The position numbers were made by a program, and so were the translations under genes. A DNA stretch of 63,148 bases, counting the filler, from Collodictyon triciliatum (lineage: Eukaryota): assembly GCA_043381765.1 (NCBI GenBank). It is 5 parts of 5 records of this genome, joined end to end, with 100 filler letters (N's around TTAATTAATTAA, not from the genome) between each part and the next. Parts side by side here need not be neighbours in the genome. Positions count along the whole stretch, not along the records: positions 50,593 to 63,148 come from JBHJMP010000677.1; 4 more parts are not named here. One strand, written 5' to 3'. A model generated the notes under the pieces. The model did not search any database. It was not told the origin of the DNA and saw only the letters and a list, made by a program, of their open reading frames with translations. Below, one piece after another: positions 54,999 through 63,148 of the stretch. How positions within the stretch are numbered: the first letter of the stretch is position 1; every line of letters starts with the position of its first letter.

Positions 54999-57900
54999 TG
55001 TATGTATGTATGTATGTATGTATGTATGTATGTATGTATGTATGTATGTATGTATGTATGTATGTATGGTGTGGTATGGTATGGTGTGGTGTGGTGTGGT
55101 ATGGTATGGTATGGTGTGGTGTGGTGTGGTGTGGTGTGGTGTGGTGTGGTGTGGTGTGGTGTGGTGTGGTGTGGTGTGGTGTGGTGTGGTGTGGTATGGT
55201 GCACATCCAATCAATTTATCAACAAAATTCACTCGCAGAAGTCGACCGAGTTCGCTACAATCTGTCGGGCAAATGCATCGCTTCAATCTTTTCACGTGGG
55301 ACACCGACAGAGATCCAATTTCTTTCACAGCAGAAAGAAAATACCCACCGCTCGCAATTCTGATGCTTTTCCTCTTCGTTCCTCCTTTTATCCTTTCTCA
55401 TACAGGTGACTGTGACGCTATTTACAAGATATGTTTAAAATCTGTATATGAGAACATTTCAAGTACAGATGAATATAATTTTTGAAAGAAAAACAAATCA
55501 GAAATGTCTCATTCCAGTAAACTTTTATGTAATTTAGACGATGAGGGTGCCGACCACATATCCTTTTTTTACATATACGGGTCAATAGTAACCCTGCTTA
55601 TGTGTATTCGAATGTTTTGGTCCTACATGCAAATCAAACGCTCTGGAAAGAACGAGTCCTTCGTTTCCTCGCCACCAGCCATTCTGCTTCTCAGTTCTCT
55701 TGGATATGAGGCAATATTCGCCATCGTCTCAATTTTAGACAGCTATTCAGGACTCGAGGTCTAGTATCTTAAATATTTTTAAATGGTTTATTTGCTAATC
55801 AGGCGAGTTGCACTATTTTTTTATATACTCTGTACTATACTATGCCATTAGACCTTTCATATATGTGATAAACCTGCCTAAAAATACAAACACTCGAAAC
55901 AAACAATTAGGGGACTGACTGTATCGTGTATGCATCTCTAACACAATTTAGTTTATTCGGCTCCATGACTTATTTTGCCCTTCTATCAGTCGGTGAGTAC
56001 AGTATAGATAACAATTTAGTTTACAAAAACTGTATATCTCTCTTTCGTTTAGTCCTGCACAAAAGTTGAAAGGAAGAATAAAAAAAAAATCTCTCTTTCG
56101 TTTAACTTCGGTTAATTCTATCTCTTGTTCTTTCATTTTATTTATGTATATATTTCATGTAACAGACCTCTTGATGTCCGTGGAATTCTCTTTTATGAAT
56201 CACAATACATTCCTCCCACGGTACCATGGAATCGCCTTATTTTGCAGCACTTTCTCTTCGTTTCTTCTCTTAGTAACAAATAATGCTGGTGAATCATTCT
56301 GGCACAGATGCTGGATCAAAAAGACCGAAAGTGAGTAATTTATTGATTCTCACATCGTTCTTTATATGAGTTTACCCTCTTGCACTTTTAATTAAATAAA
56401 TGAATCCTTTTCATAAAGTTTCCAATTAACACAGCAAAAACACACTTTCTCTTTTTCCTTCTTTTTTTTTTTTTAATAAAAAAGAATAAAGAATTCTTAT
56501 CGAGCGCCTTTTGTCCTTCGATTATGTTTTGCTCTATTCTAGATGTTAAAGATCTTAATGTTGTTACGTGGCTTCTTGTGAATATCCCATTCGGGATATA
56601 TTGCATCATCGCACTTGTGACCTTGGGACTGGGTTATTATAGAGCTAATGTTGCTGAAACAAGGTACTTGCCAAATATTTAAAATTTTTACTTTACCAAT
56701 GTCATTGTCTCACCTTGATAACTTTGTTTCGGACATATCTCACTGGTTTCAATGTTCTATTTCATGGTGTAGTATTCATCATTTTTTTTTAACAAACATA
56801 TCATCATTTCTCCCTTCAATCAAGTAGCACCTTTGGCCCGAGTTCAAAAAACTCGGACGAAAAACCTGGGGTCGTTTTTAATTATTTTTTTTTAAAAAAT
56901 TAAAATAAATCGCTGTTATTTTCTTCTTTCTTGGCCGTATAGAACAGAAAATTTCCTTGCTATAGATTAGTTATTAAAATTCTTTTTTTAAACAAAACAA
57001 AACAAAACAACTGCTTATAGAGGGATAAACTTGTTTCTCAATTAAAAGAGATTCTAAAAACTCAAGCAATACAAACATTCATAATCGGGTAACACTACTA
57101 GCATTGTATAATAATTTTCCAATAAAAAAATCCGCATTCTTTCGTGATTCAATCATAAATAAATCCATTTAACGAAAAATTGCTTTGTGCATTAAAGAAT
57201 TCACTATGTCACTATCGGTGCCTTTTACCTGGCATTGTTTTTGGATCAATTTAAAGTGAATTGGGCTATGAAATTTTTTGCCTCATTGTGTACCATGAAA
57301 GGTAAATTTCTATTTGATTAAAGCTATGGAACCAGTTCATCTCCTCATTCTCAAACATTGCCTATAATATAAAGCGATTCCGGTTATCATCGTTTGGGAA
57401 TGGAGGTTTCATTCCACTGGCACAAACCAACAAACATTAGAAGACTACACTTTGTCACGTATATACTTTCTTGAATTCTATTATTCGTCCAAGACACCAG
57501 TTAATAAAATAAAATTAACAAATAAAAATTAGCATAATCCAATATGAAAATATTCCGGAGTGATTCTTCATTATTTTTTTTTATGTTCCTTACCACCATA
57601 TTGCCAAAATTAAAAAGGAATAGTTATTTTTATAAAAAGCATCTATTCTTTTTTTTTTAATTTATCTATCATTTCGTATGATTTACCATGTGGTATTTAT
57701 AGGTCTTGCCGAATCACGACGACTAGATATTATGCAAACATGCTCATCATGTATTATGGAGACAGCAGAGGTATCGCTGTACGAAAGCAAAAAATCATTT
57801 TTATATTCAGTCGCATGCTCACTCTATTACTGCAATACTTTTTTCTGATTTAGTAGCCATATAATCTAATAGATAATATCCCTACATACAGATGTCAGCC

Positions 57901-58489
57901 GGACCTCCATACACAGTTGCAGGAAGAGCAAAAGAAAATGACTTCGAGTCAGGTTTTTTTTTCCAACAATTCGAGTTTATAATTAGTAAAGTCTATGATT
58001 TGCGATGAAATATATTGTTCAAACGCGATAATTTGTCGTTGCTTTTTTCTCCACGGCATTTCAATAAGTCTCTTTAATTTCATTTAGTTCTTTCTTTAAA
58101 CATTCGAGGCCAGCACTCTGGAGTACAATATCAATTCAAATCATACGCTATGCGCGTATTCCGTCATATTCGCGAGTCATGCAAAGTTACAACAGAATAC
58201 TACACAAATTCTTTCCAACCAGAAAAAGGTCACTATCTATTTAACTTTTAATTGTTTGAAAATCTAAAAACCCTTCCTTCCCTTCAATCGAATAAAGGAA
58301 AAAAAAACTTGTAGTTGTTTGAATTATTATATTTTAACCCATATTTGATAAAGTAAAATAAATGAAGATAAATGATTGTATCTTAAAACACAAAGGTATG
58401 CGCGAGCGCTTCTCTGAAGGAAAGAGTGGGAGTTTTCTATACTTTACCGGCGATTCCAAATTTATTGTCAAAACAATGGTTTATTTCCT

Positions 58490-58523
<34 letters not shown>

Positions 58524-58694
58524 TTGTTTTTTTTTTTTTTTAAATATATTTTTTTATTTTTTTTTTTTTTTTTTTTTNNNNNNNNNNNNNNNNNNNNNNN
58601 NNNNNNNNNNNNNNNNNNNNNNNNNNNNNNNNNNNNNNNNNNNNNNNNNNNNNNNNNNNNNNNNNNNNNNNNNNNNNTTTTTTAAAAAAAAAGT

Positions 58695-58742
<48 letters not shown>

Positions 58743-60611
58743 ATGGTCGTTAGTGCACTACAAAATAAAATTGTCAACTGTTTGCTCACTTTCTCTTGAT
58801 TTATTGAAAATTGTAGACCAGAGATGAAAAAAATGCATTAATTGAGATTCTACCATTGTATTACAAGCACGTTTTGGATAACCCCGACTCCTTAGTCGTT
58901 CGTGTTAGTTTTTCAAGTTATATCATTTGTAACATGCAGAAAATATAACCATATCAGATACTCATATTTTTCTAAAAAGAAATAATAATACAAAAATAAT
59001 AAATCCATGAAAAAGATAATATTCAATTATTCACTATTTTCATCCATTAGTATTTAGGTGTACATTCCATGACTATTTACGGTCAGACAGCATATCTTGT
59101 GGTGATGAGGAACATACTGGTTTGGTTTTGTTCCATAATCTATGAAGGAACGTAATTCAATTGTTTCGTAATTTCTGTGTGGGATATCAGCCTAGCTCCA
59201 AGCTCCGGAGATATGACTTGAAAGGCTCCACGGTCGACCGGGGGTTTGATGATGTCGAAACTGTCGGACCTGATATTTCCACAAGGTTCTCAATGAATTT
59301 ATGTAATATATAGAAAAAGAAAGATAATGGCTGTGTTCGATTACAGCCGCATATATTTATATATGGGTATAAACAAAAATATGTCTTTATCACATAAGTT
59401 ATCAATCTATGCAGGATATTATTCAGAAATACATATTTCATTAAATATAGACTGACAAGTTTTTCACGCACGCTGATGAACAAACCTATCGTTACCAAAG
59501 GTACTTTTCATTTTCATTTTAGCAGAAAGTTTCTAATGGCAGTATTAAAACTAAAAAAGAAAAAGAGACTGCATCGTTACTATTTTCATCTAAAATTCAC
59601 ATGTGTTCTGAATACTGCTATTTTCTCTATAATACACAGATAAATCCACCATAAATTCTGTACAGGTACACTTAAAGATGGAGACTTTGTCAAAATCGAA
59701 AAGAATTTGATGTTTGCGCCAGAACAGAGAGAAAAGTTTATTGATACAGTACAATTTTGTTATTTTAGCCGATTAACTTGATTTTTTTGAAAGTATATTT
59801 GAAAAGTAGAATATTTTATGTCATCAGAGCCCTCTTTTTTATCCTCTAAAGACGATTCATTAATTTATATATTAATTACTTTTTCTTAAAAAAAAAAAAA
59901 AGCTTAAATCAGACATCCAATTCTTGCAAAGCGTCCGGGTCATGGATTACAGTCTACTTGTTGGGATTGGAGAAAACGAGTATCATTTTTTATTCTTAGC
60001 GCATAAAATCTCAGCACCGCCACATCTACGTCGTACCCTGCATCGTCTATATTGAATATTCACAAAATTACATTTGTTTACAAAGTCGCACAGCTCAAGA
60101 AGAAGCAAACTTTGCACTGTCTGTGACCAGCATTCCCATGTCCGACGCACCAAGTATATTGCATCACCTGTGATTATACCAGAAGCATGAATCTTTTCAC
60201 ACCTTACGTGGGTGTTGCAAACGAGCACATTCTGTTTACATGGCTTTCTACATCCTGAATATAGCTGGCTACCCCCAAAACTTTGCCGGAATTATTGACA
60301 TTCTGCAGTACTACAATCTAAGGAAGAAGTCTGAACGCTTCTGGAAGACAAAGTACTTGCGTTAGGCAAATCGTACTTTATCGCTACGAACGGCCTAAAC
60401 GACCGCATCCTTTTATTTTGTGTTTTCCTTATTTTATTGTTTGTCATGTTTTAATTATTGTTATTATTATTTTATTTTATTTACCTATCTATCATTTTTT
60501 TTTTTTTTTTGCAATAGAATCCAGCGCAAAGACGGCGCAGGTATTTCGTGTATGAACCCAGACGCTTACGGCAACCGGATGCTCGAGTTCCTGTTGAAAC
60601 ATATCAAATGA
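54733..60611 (+). CDS. GPCR-PIPK fusion: cAMP-receptor-like 7TM region fused to a phosphatidylinositol-phosphate kinase domain
   Basis: TM exons with CIVYASLTQF and AGESFWHRCWI, followed in frame by FKSYAMRVFRHIRE, SEGKSGSFLYFTGDSKFIVKT, YLGVH, VVMRNI, YDLKGS, TLKDGD, MDYSLLVGI, GIIDILQYY, ISCMNPDAYGNR. Confidence 0.9.
54968..55200 (+). repeat. Compound (TATG)n-(TGGTG)n microsatellite in GPCR-PIPK intron 1
   Basis: Visible arrays. Confidence 0.95.
58261..58305 (+). mobile_element. Older copy of the micro-element with imperfect 18-bp target-site duplication
   Basis: ...CTTCAATCGAATAAAGGAAAAAAA flanked by AACTTTTAATTGTTTGAA (58243-58260) and AACTTGTAGTTGTTTGAA (58306-58323), 16/18 identical. 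Confidence 0.7.
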
Positions 60612-60991
60612 GACAGGCACTCCTGGCCCGATGGAACTAATGGGCTTTGCTCCCCTTCCCGAGCATGAGAATGCGGGGGAAAAAAGTCAAGAAATAAACC
60701 AGGGAAAACATAACAACACCGCAGCATTAACCAGCCGAATGTTTAAAAGGAGTATTTCTTTTCTGCCCGACACCCTTTGCACAAATCATGGTTCTAATTT
60801 GTTGGATGAAAACAATGCAATATTCTATTCAGCCGGAGCGATGCAGATACATAGTATATTTCCTGTGAAACAAGTTCGTGTTTATTATACGTACATATAG
60901 AATTACTTCGACCCTGCCATGAAGTACGAAGGTGATAAAGTAATTGTGTCCATGGTATTCTCATTTTGATTGAAGTCGGATGGACGGGGTT

Positions 60992-62578
60992 TCATACGAA
61001 GAAGTGGTGGGGATGGGTGATATTGAGAAAAGAAAGAGAGGATAAGGAAAAAGAAAAAAGCGGATGGGGCCAAACCCAAGACAACTGGACAAAACCTGTG
61101 GCATGCCCTTGCTGCTTGCAAATGCGCATTTGTGAGGAAATCGATAGAAAAGAAGCAAAAGGTAAGACGGGGAAAAAAAAAAAAAGAAAAAAAAAAGGCA
61201 CTATGCAAATCGGTTTCCTGGGACGAATCCTGTTATTTTGACACAGACGAAGGGTGTTATTAGAGGAGCTATGTATGAAAGGAAAGGAAAGAAACTTCTT
61301 TGCAAGTATTTTGTGGGAAATACCTGCGTATCCTTTGATGTGGTTCTGGATGAGCGGGACGTGTGTGGGCGGCCGCACAGTCGGCTTTAGAGTGGTCTCG
61401 TCTCTGGAATTAGCGAAAGCCACCCAAGTGTCCAATCTGGTGGGCCTTTGTCCGTCCGGAGGCACTTTCAGCAGGGGGACAGCGATTAGGCAAATGAGGC
61501 AACGGAATGATCGATTGTAGTTTTCAGATGTCTGGAAAAGTAGTGGTAGGTATAATGGTGTTCACTTTCATTACCCATGCTGATTGGCTGTTTGGAGGGC
61601 TCGTTATACTTTGACATCATCTGCGGGGAAGAAAAAAAAAAGGAAGTAAAAACAATACATATGAAAAATAAATGTATGAGGTACGTGGAAGCGGATTAAG
61701 GGAGCACTCACATCTTTGGCAAATGGATTTACTTTGGGGTTCATACTCAAGTAACAAAGATACTCCGGGATTTCCTTTCGCATAGTGGATGACGAGGTCT
61801 ATGAAGAATCGGATTAGAAGACCAGATACACATCACTTTTTTTATAATGATATCAATATATACTTAATATTAACTCTAAATGGTCTGTATTTTGTTTATT
61901 TAATTCCGTTGAGTCAAAAAAATTAGCACAAAGTATCTTCAGTTGCGCACCTGTACCACCAGATTGTGTCGTTTGTCTTCCGTCACCTTTTGCCGACTGT
62001 TGCTGTCGATGGTATCAAACTTTTCACTCGAAATATATCCAGCATATCCAGGTGTCTGTTAAAGTTATTGATATTATTTGAATTTTTACTGAATTTTACG
62101 ATGAGAAAACACTAAAGGAAAAATGAGAGGAGTGAATAACAAGGCTTTTTTAAAATAAGAATTAAATAAATTACAAAACCTTGGATGACTTGGGCGGGAC
62201 TCTATTTTCAAACAGCTTGTCAAAATGAGTACCCCAAACGTCTCCTGTATTAAACTAATGTGTATGTAATAATGAGGAATATGGCTTGCGTTGACTCTAG
62301 GCGAAAGAGAAAAAAATCGAAATATTTTACAAAAACAGAGAAAGATAGGTACAAGTTCACGCGCTCCCATAGTGGGGCTTTTGTTCCTATCCTTGTTTTC
62401 TCCAGCAGAAGGGGCCTGAGGTGAGGCACCCTGAGGTTTCGCTGTTTGATATCTCAACTACATCATTTATTGATTCATTGATTGATAAAGGGGAAACCAT
62501 AGACAGAGGGCATAGACTGAAACTAGTCGTTATGAATGTGATGCGGATATAATATTTTCTCCAAAGTTATAACCTCTT

Positions 62579-62611
<33 letters not shown>

Positions 62612-62985
62612 TTTACTGGGTTAGTGCTTGGTTGGTTTTTTTTTTTTTTCTTCTTTTTTTTTTTTATTAACTTACAGGGGCAGAGCTTGGTCGGATGTGT
62701 GTTCTTGGGGGCGTGCGAACTTCATATGTAGGCGTGCCGCTGTGATAGACAACTATTTGGTAAAAATGTACAACACACACATGCTTGTTTGAAGATCATG
62801 TATTGAAACGAAGCTGAACATGGATAGTGTCAAAGTATGTCGGTACACTCTAGGGGTCGTTGTTCTATTTCCAGTGATTTTAAAGTTTCCGACTTCCTCA
62901 CGAATATCTCTTGGGCAATATCCCGTGTAGCCACGAATTCCTGCTTTCGAGCCGTTGGTCTTTTGGAGCGGAACCTGCGTGGTGG
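60992..62985 (-). CDS. 3' part of an uncharacterised protein with PGYxG-type repeats; 5' end off-window, 3' end uncertain
   Basis: Phase-compatible exons give TPGYAGYIS, IPEYLCYLS and IKGYAG. Confidence 0.5.
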
Positions 62986-63018
62986 GTGAAGCATGAACGT
63001 CGAATAATAATAATAATG

Positions 63019-63082
<64 letters not shown>

Positions 63083-63148
63083 GACCTAGATAAACTCATA
63101 TATGTAACAGGTATATATTGTTTTTATGATACTGATACATAATATATA

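Noticed and set aside
57199-57301. Possible stop-codon reassignment or selenocysteine (apparent in-frame TGA/TAA)
   Set aside because: The stops vanish once exon phase is set correctly. Conserved genes (HDAC, cyclophilin, PIPK) read cleanly in the standard code and end in TAA, TAG or TGA.

Overview
Gene-dense, intron-rich nuclear DNA from a eukaryote, probably a protist, using the standard genetic code. It is not prokaryotic. The window is five assembly pieces joined by artificial N-TTAATTAATTAA-N spacers (23119, 36752, 41203, 50537), so gene order across those points means nothing. By splicing exons by hand (GT/GC-AG, phase-checked at many but not all junctions) I can support about 18 genes: PRELI/Ups lipid-transfer protein, RAD5/RAD16-type SNF2-RING helicase, GT77-like glycosyltransferase, TruA/PUSL1, CELF/Bruno RRM protein, LAG1 ceramide synthase, FAR-17a/AIG1-like protein, condensin CAP-G, a small orphan gene, PSMG1, an FG-GAP propeller surface protein, an IQ-motif protein, ILVBL/HACL2, cyclophilin B, HDAC1/Rpd3, a multi-pass membrane protein, a GPCR-PIP kinase fusion and a PGY-repeat protein. 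The most unusual signal is a dispersed ~26-30 bp element (CACTTTGAATCGAATAAAGGAAAAAAAA) in introns, in both orientations, flanked by 13-18 bp target-site duplications. It looks like a micro-retroelement or retro-inserted small RNA. Also notable: a PTS2-like signal on ILVBL, GC-rich gene ends with microsatellite-laden terminal introns, GC-AG introns, and a near-identical copy of a RAD5 segment upstream of a headless PRELI gene.
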